This document shows, piece after piece, positions 13,301 to 28,300 of a stretch of DNA of 64,000 nt. Where the stretch lies: assembly GCF_000150275.1 (NCBI RefSeq), contig NW_002060949.1, positions 1,547,836 through 1,611,835 on the forward strand, given 5' to 3'. Position 1 is the stretch's first letter, and each line of letters opens with the position of its first letter. Made by a program: the position numbers and the translations under genes. Source of the DNA: Trichoplax adhaerens. Its lineage: Eukaryota > Animalia > Placozoa. The notes beneath the pieces are model-generated. The model searched no databases. It worked only from the letters and a program-made list of their open reading frames with translations, and had not been told where the DNA came from.

Positions 13301-16300
13301 AAAAGGTTTGTTAACATTATCAAAGAAATGCATTATACACTTTTAGAAGATATGAATTACGTTATTGGAACTGCTACTGACCATCTATTTCTCCTAAATT
13401 CAATCGTAGATATCCGAATTCCCTTATACCAGTGCTTTGTTGTCAAGACTGTGGTCGATGTCATCGCTGTCTTACCGACTTTAAAGTAAATCTTTATTTT
13501 TTAAATGATTAAATACATTTTTATACTTTATCCGTTCAATTATAATATTCAAGTAAGTATAGTATTCATTACAGTAATGTGTTTGATGACCTTTGCTGAT
13601 TTTATTTCAGTGGTTGAATAATTTAATCATTTTCTTGTGTAGAAATGTTATTTACTTATGGTTATATTATTTCATATAGGTATTAATGGAAAGTTTAGAA
13701 TGTAAAAAACTAATTAATCGCTCGTTCTGGAGCGAAACTAGCAATATTATAAGCATTGGCTCTGTTTTACAAGCCTGTGGTGAATATGCTTGCAGTGCTA
13801 TTGGTGCAGTCTCACTAGACACAATCTATCCAAATAAATTTGAATTTTCAGTGGATGCGCCGTTGTCTTCCGTCTTTTACTTCTATTTTGGCTTAGTATC
13901 GGAGCATCATGATAGTAGATTACCTCCAGGATTTACTGATAAATCTATTGGCTTCTCTTTAATCGATAATAAACTTTTTATTAACGCTAAAGAAACCGAT
14001 TACAGTCACCATGATACATCATTTCAATTGGGATCACATAATAAACTTTCTTGTTGTTTAGATCGGATATCACAAACTGAGGTAATGGGATAACAGTAGG
14101 ATGTGAAATTTTCTGAACAGCTCACGAAATATTAATTCTCATTTATATTTAATAGTATTTCTGTGGCATGGTCTTCCTATTTTATTCTATTGATCCTTAG
14201 CTTCGTTATGTTTAAATTTTATTTTATTTTAGGTTCGCGTATCATTCGTAGTGGACAGTATCATTATCGCATCTTTTGTGCATGAATATCACAATCAAGG
14301 GTATTACCCAATGATATTTTGTTCTCATGACTGTTCTCGATTATTTATTCATTCAACTATACCTGCAGTAAGTGTTGAAATTAGATTTTAAGTTGGACTT
14401 ATAGCATTAAATATTATAAAGGGCAGATATATATGTCATTAATATACAGATATGACATATAATCTAATAATTGTGATCATTTTCCGACTCTTTCGCACGG
14501 CAGATTGACCAAGTAGGAAAGCGAGCTGCTATACCGGTATCAAAAAGGAAAAATTATGTTGATATTGGTGTAGTTATTAAAGACTACAGCAAATTGGTAA
14601 GCTGTACATACATTAAGACTAGTATTTTTTAATATTTTCTGTATCCAGACTACTGATGATTTTAGTGAAAACCGATGATATATCATCAATCAATGACATC
14701 AATCTCAAAATAAATACAGTAATAGCCTTAACAGCGTACTTTACATGGACTAAATATCGCAGTGGATTAGATTCCTATTTCATCAAGATTGTCGCTATAT
14801 TGACAGAATTCCCTCTAGATACAAAATATAAATATAAACTCATTTCCTGCGACCTTTCCTGATATAAAAAGATATATTAAAATATGTTACTCTCTAATTA
14901 TATAAAAAATGATAAGATTGTCTATATTAGATTAGAATAAAATTGATCAATGATGATTGCAGTCATTACAAGTCAATCGTATGCCAATTTAGCTACTAAA
15001 TTGCTATACTATATTAATTAAAAGATTGGACTTTGATTGATACACGATAGAAGAAAATAGAGATAATTAATTAAAAAAGTCAGGCACTGAGTTGCCTGCT
15101 TGAGGCAATTTACATCTACGTAGTTTACTGTATTTTCTTCTCTACGATATTCGTCTTTCATAAAATGGTTTTCACGATTGGAATAATCATATTTATTTTA
15201 GTAAAATTATAAACCAAACAAGAAATATGACCGCTAATTGTTATTTATTTAGAATACCAATTATATAGCATCTTCGATTGGAGAGATTGTTCATATATTA
15301 GAAAAGACAAATAATGACCACTATAAAGCGAAAAATTTATCTGAACAGAGCGGTTTAATTCCTATAGACTGCATCAAGGTTTTATCCTCAAATAGTATTA
15401 GATAAAGATTTTAATGATTGAATTTAATATCATTATCATAACCTCTACTACTAAATGACTAATTTCAGAAAATATTGGCCATTGAGAAAGCTAGCTTACA
15501 AAAAGGAGATTGGATAGAATTTTTTGATGCAGCTGATAAAAGCAATGCTGAGGTCCACATCCTTCAAGTGAGTGCTGTTAAATTGCAAGAAATTGATGTT
15601 GAAATCCAAGTAGACTTGCAAAAAAAAGAGAAGCGAACGATTCCTATTGACAGTCCTAATATCCATCCACTTGGATGGGCTCTCTCAACAAAATATGAAG
15701 TCACTTCACCTACAGGTCTTTACTTTAATACCATATCAGCAGAATTTAGATTTCTGAAGGACTTGAGTTTTGTTCATTTAAGCTAAAGTATACTCTATCC
15801 TCTTATTAAACTAAACATGTCCCTTTATTTTCATTTGATATAGGTTATGTCTCCAAACTTACTAACGCTATTAGTGACGGTAAACTCTATTATAAGGGTC
15901 AACGAGTTGAAATAAAGTATTCCAGTAGTTGGTATAAAGGAACTGTGTTAAAGACGAGATATTGCGATACATTCAAGGTATGATAAATAAATGCAATATG
16001 ATAGCTTGCAGAATTGATATACAAACTTGATAAACTGTTAGAGAATTTCAATCGAGATATAAGTTTGATCTACTAGTGGTGTAGTTGATTTATATATAGG
16101 ATCTTTTCCATACCTTATTCACGTAAGGATTGAAAATGTGATATCTTTAATAGACGAGTTATGTGGATTCAGAATGGCATAGCGTAGCCAGAGTAAATTA
16201 ATTACTAGCATGAACCACAAGAAGTTTTCTTTTAGTATTTCGTATTTGTGATGGAGGGTTCAATATCTCAGAGTATTGAGATTTAGTCGCCATTTACAAT

Positions 16301-19300
16301 TATTACACCAAAGGGTTTATAAAAGTTATGCTTTATTGTAGGTTAGTAATGTGAAGTACAGTGAGGTAGTTACGGTAGATCAGCGTGCAAGCTGTCGTGA
16401 GTAACGAGTAGAAGTATTAGACTGTGAGAGGCAAACTAGAAGACTAACTGAGAGGCTAACGAACTCTGAGGTAGAAATCGCCGGTATTTATAGTTTTAAA
16501 GATAGAGCACATGCAGAGAATAGGATTGTGGAATTAGATACAACATATACCATAACAGGTTACAAAATAGCAGATGATTGTAGAAAAAAGCGAGTACCCT
16601 AATAACTAAATACAGTAGTCTATATATGAGTGTAGAGTAAGCGGACTGTAGATCTGTCTAAATATTAGAGCAATACAACATGTCTATATTTAAGAGTAGA
16701 ATATAGTTACAGTATATTCTAAATACACTACAATATTAATTGCTCCGGCATATTAACATGCAGTATAAAGGCTATTTATGCATAGAAGCACTAAACCCTA
16801 AAATCTTTCTCAGGTAAATCGATGCATTCAGAACACTATAAGGCAATCAAAATAAATCAATAGCGCGGATTATTAGAAGATTTGTTCTAGTACTCTCTAC
16901 TGATAGATACAGTTTACTAAGAAACAGTATAAAGCCTTTTGCAATATACAGCGATTAAATACTTTAGTCTTTTCAGACAATTCCATGTGTTTAATCTTTA
17001 ACTGTATTATGTAGCTAAGGTAAATTAATAGACAGACCATGCATGATTTTCTTCTAGTAGGCTATGCTAATAATTACAGTAAGCTAACATATAAAGCTAT
17101 TGTATAGAATGATTATGTATTTATTGTATATGAGCACAGCTTTATTGATTTAGTTAAGCATCAAAGTACTTTCCAACTCCTTGCTGTATCGAGAATACAC
17201 ATCTTATACTGTATATGCTATTCTAAGTACATATTAATCTACATAATACTATGTTAGGCTACAGTGCTGCATCATAATATGAAAGTAGCACTTCGTCTTA
17301 ATTATGTATAAATTGTATGTATGTATAGATATACGTCTAATTAGTTATACCATGGCTATACAATTACACGTTAATTACATATACTCGTACGTAAATCTTA
17401 ATAGCGTTTTTCACTACAATATTAAAGTTATTTTTCAGACAAATGCATCAGTAATAATATACAGCTGTCAAAGAAGATTATCATGCAAAAATTGTATCTA
17501 TGGATTTGTAACTGTAAATGTTGTCAACAATAATAAATGCTATTAAATTGGCGCATATAAAATACGAAAATACACGTATGCTGTTATAAGTAAATGATTA
17601 AAATTCTTTCATTCGTTGCTGAAATCATTTTTTATCAGATTCATTACGATGGCTGGCAAGATTCTTATGATGAGACGATAAGTCGAGAAGTATTAAGGGG
17701 TAGAGATAAGACAGCAATTTCACCCGATACTCCTATTAAAGTTGGCGATAAGGTGGAGGCTAAGTGGCATTCTACTTGGTATAAAGCAACAATTTTGCAG
17801 TGTTTCGAGAAAGAACAGGCAGCCTTCGTTAGATATGATGGTTATAGCTCCAGCTGGGATACTTGGTTCTCCGGTGATAGTCTTAAACCGTTAAAATCAA
17901 AGGATGATAGCGAAGGTAATAAAACTATAGACAATGCTTATCAGAATTTTGATAACGTAATTGCATCCTATCCTTCGTCCCATTATATATTTCTGATACA
18001 TAATGTAAATGACTATTGAATAATATCAGAGCGTAAAGGAAAACCATTAAATCTTATTGAATGTATACAAGCTGAAAATGGACGTCCAGCTCCGTGCTAC
18101 GCCTTTAATGAGGTTTGCATTTGCTTTCATTATTTCATATATTGGTACTTTATATATTTTGATACTTTATATATGTGTTATACTAAATGAAAATGTAAGT
18201 ATATAGCTATTATTCATTCTCGTTTCTGCTTTTAAATAGGAGCAAATAAGAATTAATCCAAAAAACTATCAATCTTGTCGTAGTATTCAAGGAAATTACT
18301 CAGGTTTGAAAGAAGATAATCGTATCCTAATATTCTACAACTAAGGTTACTTAATTTAGCGCTAATTTTTTATATCTATTAGCTGTACTACTAATAATGC
18401 TATCTCAGACACTGACCTAAACTATGATTATATGCCTACAATATATCAACTTAGAAAACTTTGTATATCATCTTTTTGCTTCATATGACGGATATTCTGC
18501 TTAGACGACAATATTAGCCCTTAATATAAAGATGATACAATAACGCCCGTGTTTAAAGAATATTCAGGGTGACAGAAATATTTTACTTCTGACTTTCAAC
18601 GTAATGAGCAGAACATCGATTACTTTTTATCGTTATCAGTAGATCGAGTTGTAATACTAATCTAGTTCGAGCCCTCCAAGTAATTGCATTGTAGCAGTTA
18701 ATTTACATTATTAAGAGTAGATTAAGTTTCAATCAGATAGCTTAAGTCCTTTGAATAGTAAAATATTTTGCAACAGCTGTACTTTAGATTGATATGAAAG
18801 CTCTCAGAGTATTTACTTCGTATATTGTAATTTCGTAGCGCCTACTATTCGTTGGTAGAATAGATCGAGTTCAAACTATCCAAGTGATTTGCTTTGCATA
18901 CACACAATTAAATTAGATATCTAATAGTTACTGTAAGTTCTCCGAGTACAAATTATATTGCCATAGAAATTGCTTTATATTATTACGTTTACATGAATTT
19001 TTCAAGAAACAAAAGTCTTATGCAATTATTATTAACTGTTAGTGATCGAGAGACTGTCAGAAAGAAACTTAGCTATCGTTCTGAAAGAGATACTGGATGC
19101 TAGACGGTGGCAATATCCTATTATGATGTTAACATTACCAGAATTTACTGATTTAATCCAATTAAGCTGCCCTATGCTGTCCCAGTTACAATATTGCCAA
19201 AGTTCAGTTGTTCACTGCTTATGCTATTCTCCAGGTAAATCGAAATAAATTTTTCTAGACAATTTTAAATCACATCTAGCCCTACGCTACATATATTCTC

Positions 19301-22300
19301 ATAATATCGCCCTACCCTAAATATTCTATGACAATTTAGCTAGTAAAAAATGCCGACCAATTTATCACAGGGTAGTACGTATTGGTTTACTTATTATGTA
19401 TTCTTAATTATATGCATTCTATGTAGGATTTCAACGTGGAATATCTCCGGCATTAGACCTGCATTTTCTTGCTAAGGAAGGTGATAAACTGGCTAAGAAA
19501 ATTAATTTTTTAAATCCTAGCCAAGAAGATGCTCCTCTTCTGTGGTTTATAACGACCCTTTGCAAAACTTCTGCAATGGTATAAAAAATTACTTGATACA
19601 GTATTTGTGTTGTCTGAGCTAGAAATACTTAACCTTCAAATAGTAATTAAAAAATTTTTCTCATATTTATGGTAATTGCACATTCTTGTAAATTTTCAGG
19701 ATTTAGTTGCCAGTACTGACGTTGCTGATGCGTTAGTAGGTACTAGCCTGGGACAAAACCCTGGTTTATCATTTCATCAAGTAAGGGCTGCACCTGTCTA
19801 CACATTATTACATTTATGTGTATACCAATAGCATCATTTACCTTTGGACCTGCAATTTAAAAATTTTTTAATCTTGTATCTATTCAGAAGTACTATTAAC
19901 AAAGCTATAGCGAATAAGTTTAACAATTATATATTTTAATTTAGATCCAAAGGGCAATCAGGGAAACTATTGATATGATTAAAGCTCAAACCCAATTTAG
20001 CATGTATTGCTACAATTTATTAGATAGAGCTTCCCGGCTACGGAAGGAAATCAAAGACAGCATTATGGTAAACGAGACTTAAACATACAATTATGAGAGA
20101 AACGTCACGTAGGACGAATAGACTATAATGGCAATACTTTCAAGTTATATGATAATTTAGCCACCATTAAGGAACGAAAAATCAATAATAGTTTTAGCCT
20201 TTACGTGTGGCTATTAAATTTCACACACTCATAAAGATTTGATCTATTTATAATTTTAACTTAATGTATAGGAAATAGCGGAATATTCACCACGAACTGC
20301 AGATAAATCTCATAGCCTTTTAAACAAGTATGATACTGGATATGGGCGCATTTTTGCATGTAACATTCACCATCAAGCAACTTTAAGCAGCAATTAACAA
20401 TTAGAACATTTCCCTATGTCACAGTGTACTTCTATGCCGACTTTGACTTATATTAACTTTTCTGATAATTGTATTACTCATCTACCAGCAGAATTCTTTC
20501 AGACATTTACTCAACTTCTGTCCTTGAACTTGAACGGAAATTTACTCTCTTGTTTACCTAAAGGGATTAGTAAATTGAAAAAATTAAAATATTTGAATTT
20601 ATCCAACAATAAATTGACCGATTTGCCCGACGATTTCAAAGATTGCAGTCGAAATTTGCAGGAGTTAAATCTTGCCAGCAATTACTTAACATCTTTACCT
20701 AATTATATTGGCAGCTTTATAAGCCTATTGGAGCTTGATCTTAGCTATAATCTCATTTCATCTTTACCCACCTCTCTATGCCGATTAACATCGTTAATAA
20801 CCTTAAATTTAGCAGGTCATCAACTCAAAGTACTACCATCGGGCTTAGATCAGTTATCATTATTGAAAAATTTAAATTTAAGTGGCATGCCAGTCATGGA
20901 GATTACTGAAGCATCGGTTTTACATCGAAATAACATGAGGGTTACATTAACCAAAGGTCAACCGAATCGACCTGTTAACGGATATGATAACGATGTAAGT
21001 AAATACAATATTCAAACGAATCTAATATAAAATTTTGGGTACCGTTACAATACAAGATATCATACAAGTATCGCTCGTATATGGTATCTCAAGGAGTATT
21101 AACCATTATTAACTTATTAACAGGATTATATAGATCTCTTTCAAGCTTGTGATGAAGATGGCAATCATGTTCTGGATTATCTAGAGTTAAATAAGCTGAA
21201 TAACCTGCTATTTACTAAAATTGTCCGTTTGAACGAAATGTTTGATGAGAATAATGACAATCAGCAAAATGCATGGCCAATATTGGGACTTAAGAATCTG
21301 GAGAATTTAACGCTAGATTACTTGCCTATAAGATCAATCCCTGAAGATTTTGGAAACTGTTTAACCAATTTGAAAACATTAAGTTTACGCCATTGCTTAC
21401 TATTGGAATCGTTACCAGCATCATTAGGGGGATTGCATCTAACAAAGCTAGAAATTGTTGGTACAGAAAAAATGAGAACTCCGCCACCTGAAATCACAGC
21501 TAGAGGATTAAATTCAGTGATGGCCTACTTAAAGCGCTTATCATATGGATCATCAGAATGTAAGCGTACCAAACTTATGATGGTAGGACTTGGAGGAGCT
21601 GGCAAAACTAGGTATAAAGGCGTATACATCTTATATAGTTTTATAGTAATCTTAACTGAATTTATAACATCTACTATGGCCGCGAAATTACGTTACTGAT
21701 ACTGTATATTTGTTCTATTCTTGCTATCATTTGTCCGGTGTATATATATACTTGTCTAATGTCTATCTTAATTCATTAATATTATTACATAAATACCTGA
21801 TAAATTTATGCCAGTAATTAGTTCTTGCCTCTTAAGGCAGTTATTAGTATAGTGTAAAATATGACAGAAATTTACCAATGACATTTTTTAATTAAAATTT
21901 TTTCCAGTCTGTCTCGGTCGTTAAGATCAGCTTCCTTTAGTGATAAAACAACTGGTGAAGAAGCCATTACTGATGGAATTGATATTGCCATTTGGACTGT
22001 TGAAACACCTGATAAACAAAAAATTGAATATAGTTTATGGGATTTCGCAGGACAGACATTATATTATAATACACATCAGGTTAGAATAGAATTAATTTGA
22101 AATAGCTTATCTTTATTAACTAATTAATATACAGTATTCTCTGATAACAGACATACTATACGTTGCAATGATAAAACTTAATGATAATATCTTAATATTA
22201 TTTATTATCCATATATAGTTTTTCTTATCCAATCGTGCAGTGTACCTGCTGGTTTGGAATACACGTCTTGGCTACGAGCATGCTGGTTTGGAATTTTGGC

Positions 22301-25300
22301 TTAGCTCTATATCTTGTCATGCCCCAGAAGCTCCGATTTTTGTTGTTGGTACACATTGTGATAAAGTAAGTACGGAAGAAAATGAAAACTAAAATAGACC
22401 AGAAGTTAAACTATCAAAATTTTATTAGTATTAATTGTAAAGTAAGCTTTAGTTCTGAACAATTAACAAGGTTGAAAAAAGTGAAATACCAAAAGGTCGC
22501 CTCCAAAAGTTTTATCCGCAGATCCAAGGCTTTTTTACAGTTAGCTCAGCAACTGGCCAAGTTAGTATTATAGATTAGCAGTGCCCTAATGAATTCATTA
22601 TAGGAACAAAATCTTTGACTTTTACTAAATCGCATTCTTTAGACCTTCCTAAAAACTTTGTCATAGAGCGATACCACGATAGAGTCAATTAGTAAACTGG
22701 AAGGCATAAATAGTCTCTAATTACATAATTAAATTTCTAGTTTATCTTCGTCGTAAACGATATCATTTTTCAATTTACGGAGCAAGTTTTGCATCATCTG
22801 GTCTTGTAAGTCCAATTATTTTGATACCTTTAGGGCATCCAAAAACTTTATGGCGATTTAATCGCTGTTACGTTGAAGCAAAAGTACATGGGTGAAAAAA
22901 TTCCAAACATTTGGTTGGAGTATGAGAACTCTATTATAAGGTGAAATAGTTTGGAAGTCCTGTAAATTAAATTCATTATGAGATGTAAATATAGAAATTA
23001 CTTAAAATAATTTTCCAGTAAGAGGTTTACTATCAGGCTTAATCTTTGATATTTGCCTATTCTAGATAAGCTTTAGATGGTACATGACTTTACATTTATA
23101 AAAATGAAAATATTAATATATTAAATCGTTAAATAAATTAATAGCTGCCGTAATAGGAGTAGTGTCCTATCGTGGAAGGAGATAACAGAAATTGCTTGCA
23201 ACCATGGAATTTTCCAAGATGATGAAGTAATTTCTATATGATAATTAATTGGATTCTCATGTATGTGTTTGAAACTGAAATTTATAGAGATAGTAAAACA
23301 ACAAATCTCCTTCTCGGTTGCCCTCTTTAGCATCTTAAGTAGTTCAGTGACATCCCATTTTAATTACCGTAAAGCAAGTGTAGAAACAGCTTTGCAGTAT
23401 TGCTTATACATGAACCAACGCCAATTTGATTAGGTATACAAATAAATAGCATACGCATTATGAAAATAAACCTCATGTTTAATCATAGGAGAGAGCATGT
23501 GAAAACACGAGCAGTTTAATGGAGTCCGTTGTGTAACTCGGAATGCTAACAATTGCTCATCATCAACTACAGTAATCGCATATTTCCATTGCATTAACTA
23601 TATAGACATAAAATTAGACTAAAATATGCGCAGATAATATTAGAAAAATTACCATTACCTAAATGCGATCGATACTAATCAACTACTTCTATACGTTATT
23701 AACTATCACTTCTTAATTAAAATTATTACGATATGTTATTAGATTCGCGAAGCTGTCAAGTTACTAACAGATCTTGGATCAATCCAACATTTCGATACGG
23801 AAATGTTAAGAGAGGTAGTTGTAATCAATCCTCAGTGGATTGTAGATGTTATGGCTTGCGTTGTATCGGTCCACGATAGCCCTATAAAGGTAATTATGTA
23901 AGGGAAATCAACCATTACCTTTTAAAATATTTAACTTACAGTTATACCTATCGGCAACTTCTATCTAACAGTGAATGTTGTAACTGAATTCATGTTTGCA
24001 TTGCTTCTTATTAATGGTAAAAGACCGACTTCATATAATTCATTATTTTATAGAATGGTCGATTTCATCATAGTGACATGCAAAAGATTTGGTCAAAATA
24101 TAATTCCAACTTACATAAATGGTTATTGGGCCTGACTGAACAATTCGATCTAAGCTTCTCACTACCTAATAAAAGCACTAATTTAGTTCCATGCTTGTTA
24201 AACGATGATGACGAAGAAGTAAGTATTTTATTTTTCAATACAAGTGCTTGAAAGTTTTAAAAATCGGATGCAAATTATAAGATTGAATCCAAACTTGTTT
24301 TATTTCACGTTCTTCAAATTTTACTTCGTTATTAGACTGATGATTTAGATAAAGAAACCTTAGAAATGGACGGTATGAAGGAAACTAAAATGGTTTATAC
24401 TTTTCAGTATCTGCCAGCAGGTTTATTTAATCGACTGCAGGTATGACCATGTTATAACGTTACTTTTCACATCCAGCTATAGTTAAAAGGATTTAGAATT
24501 TTGATGAACGAATCATAACATTAGGTCATAATGCAAATTTTGTTACTTTGTAAATGTTAGGTTCGGCTATGTGAATTTACTGAAGACCAAACTATTAGCA
24601 AGCGAGGATCCAAATTAAAGAAGAATGGAAATTTTGCCGTCTTAAAACAATCAGAGTTAGTGATATAGCTAAAATTTCTTGTTTGACCTTTTTAGATATT
24701 AGATTAAACCTTTCATGGCTGTCATGTGAGAAATTAATTTTTTATATAGTCTTTTGAAACTCATATGGTCTCAAATAGCTAAAATTTCCCATTTAATTCT
24801 TTCTAGACTTGAAATTAAGAGTTTTTTAGTTCTATTTAAATGTATTGATTTATTTATAAGTACTTAGCCTCAAGGTAAAACTTGCATTATCAAGATTTAT
24901 CAGAATTTCACGTTTAATCTTCTCTAGAAGCAGAGTTAAAAGTTTTGCTTACTTGAAAGCAATAGATTTATTTATATACAGTTCATTTAAGATAGTAAAT
25001 ATAATGTAAAAGAAAACAATCTATCAATTTACTGACATCTCCCAATCTATATGACTAACATTACTACCTTATCGATAATATCATGAATACCGAAATTAGG
25101 GCATTAAAATACGAGTATTGATTACAGTCGCACTCGGCTAACAGCCAGATTTACTGGAATTATTTAAGATTTCTTAGTAAATAAGAGTTTGATAATTAGC
25201 ATTTAATTATATCTGGAACATTCATACGCCTATAATCACAAATTGCCTTCCTTGCGACAACTGAAATTATATGTCCAAAATTAGAATTTCATTTTAATTT

Positions 25301-28300
25301 ATTTGCACACTTATCAGTTTGAAATTCACTCATAATCAGCTGTTTACGAGTTAATGACGAATTACCATGCGTTTGCTTACCTTCTTGTGTCATAAGAGAT
25401 TACTCACCTTTAATAACTGGAATTATTGATCAGAGAATGATTTAAGATTATAAAGTATACTTACTGATCTATTTATTTCATATAATGGCAATAGAAATAA
25501 CTTAATAGACCTTAACGTCAATGGTTTACGACCTGAAAATATGCTGTATCTAGTCAATGAGGTTTTGGAATCGTTAACTGCAGACGCTTTTCATGGCGTT
25601 CATTTTTACTATTTGGTACCTTGCCCTCACTGTTTACAAAATGTAAAGTTAACAAGTTTTATTTACTTTAGAGCTAGATTATAATTGAGTTTTGAAATGT
25701 TAAATGCTAATATGAGATCATGTTTTTGCATGATGGCGTAGGGATCTCGCGATCCATCCATGTTTTCTTCTAAGCGAATACGTAGGGCAAGAGAAGTCAA
25801 GGCGATATTTCTGCAATGCGATGCCAATTTCCATACAGTTTCCATTTCAGAGTTAGAAAGTATGGCATTATTTCTACTTAAAACTATGTTATAACTTAAT
25901 CTTGTGATCCTGATTACACAAATTTTGCAAGATGGAGATGCTTGAATGCATACTAAGATTATAAATACAATATATATACTATATTTGATACCAAAATCAA
26001 GGAATCTTACCACCAACATCCAGTGATGAATTCGACGTTCACTTACAAAATGCAATGCAAGGCTTGGATGCTTTAAGCGATAGTATTATGACAGACGTAT
26101 ACGTAAGTTACTGCGAAGATGATTTACCTGCAGAAGAAAATTCTAATGAAACATTACATGTCAAGAGACTGATGAAATCACTAGAGGGTGAAGGCTATAA
26201 ATGGTAAACAGAATAGCGATTTTAATAATACTCTCCAGTAAAATGAAATATTAAGAGTTTCTACATAGAAAACAGATGTTGGCTAATGTCATTTAATATT
26301 TAAAATTAATTTATGATTAAGCTATTCTCTAAGAATACGTTGCTTTTTATTGCTCCTGTGAACAAAGTGTTTCTAATAAAAATCTTACCTTTATTAACTC
26401 ATGAGTTGTTAAAAATTATATCAATGTAGACGATGGAGATATGTAAAAATTGATATTGATATAAATTTTGATTTAATAGCGATGCTAGAGATTATCGAGA
26501 AAACTATAGCCTAGAAAATATAGCTGTTGGAATGAAACAGTCACGAGTAAGTTCGTAGTCTATCCCTAGATAGCTTCTAGGTTACAACTTTCATGAAATA
26601 ATTTCGAATGCATCTAACCCACTTACGCTATTTTAATGAGAGTCTAAATCAAAATATGTTTGATGTTGAAGAAATAATATCTATTTTAGGTCGATAATAG
26701 CTACTTTAATGTTAATAATAGTGCGCAAATTTTAGCCAAATATCCATGTGAATGTTTCTTTATTTAAACTGAAAATTCGAGGAGATAATAATCAATCAAT
26801 CTGATTTCTAATCATTGCTCAATTTAGGCTATTATAATTATGTTGTCTGATAATTATGAACGTAATGAACAGTGCCGATCTGAATTCTCTCATGCTTATG
26901 AACTGTTAAAAAAACCAATCATTTTAGCGGTTATTGGTAAAACTAATAATTGGACAAAAACAAATCTTGGCTTTCTTGTATCTAGTATGGTAAGAAGTGA
27001 ATATCATAAGCCTAAAACTGTTTTCTTTGTTCATACATAGGCATTCTTTAAAAATTTTATATGTTATTTCACATAATGCTGTTACTAATATGATATATTT
27101 TATCTACCAGTTATATATAGATTTTTCCAATATGCAATTATACAATGAGAAACTAGATGAAATTATTGATCAAGTAGAAAAAAAGACCCATAAGAAAGTG
27201 GTAAGCATATAATCATTAGTTAATTTAAATAAACATATTAAATGGAAGGCTTTCATCACGAGTAATAACACCTACTAATTGGGTTTCATTATTGATTTTA
27301 TACGTGAATATATATTATTGATTTCTTTCCTTTAGCAACATTTGCAGCAGACGGATTGCTTTATTAGTTACTGCTGGAAAAATTCAGCCAATGCTTGCGA
27401 ATTAGGAATTCAGCAGGTGGATGGTGCAATTGGAAAAGGTTTGTGAACTATCCGGCTAATATAATGTAAATCTATATTGAACTCACACTTTCAACTAATA
27501 AATTGAACGCGTCTAAGTTTTCAAAGTCTTTTGTAGCCGATATAGACGGGATTAACTTTAAATTATGTGTCTTGAACTGCTAATAGCTAAATTGTTTATA
27601 TGAATTAATATAATTAATCTAATTTGCACATTTACTATAATTCTCATAATGGCAGTTGATCCTAGAGACTTGAAGGATCAACTGAAAGCAAAGGGAATAA
27701 CTTGTTGGATGGACATAGAACAGCTAGGAAAGGTATTAGCACATCCATTACTCAGAAGAAATAAGTTTTTATAAAAACTTGCAGATGATTCATTATGAAT
27801 TTTCTATACTTTTTTTAAAAGATTAAATACTTGAAAGTTATCGTAATTGACTTGATCTACTTATATGCAAACTAACCAACGTTTAAATATTTGTGGTATT
27901 GGTATAACTTTCTTCAGGCGGGTTTATTTGAAGAAATTTCCATTGGTCTACGGAAATCAAAATTGTTTGTAGCTTGTGTTTCCGATGAGGTAAAGCTAGC
28001 TTTGACATAATAGTTTATGTATGTTATATTATCGGTTGCAGATGGTTTTATAACATAATATTAATTTACTAGAACTTCTCTAATAACTTTGCTTTATAAC
28101 AATAATTTGCTCTATTAGATTAGGTATCATTTATTAAATTTCTTCGTTCGCTTTTAATAGTACGTGAAATCCAATAATTGCATAATGGAATTTCGGTTTG
28201 CTGTGACTACATTACGACTACCAACCGTTTTAGCCATTATAGGAACAGGCATCAAATGGCAGTATTCAGAAGTACGAATAGGATGAGATTACTTTAATTT

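Noticed and set aside
25663-26055. 130-aa minus-strand ORF
   Set aside because: Antisense to ROCO exons and spans their introns; no recognisable motif.
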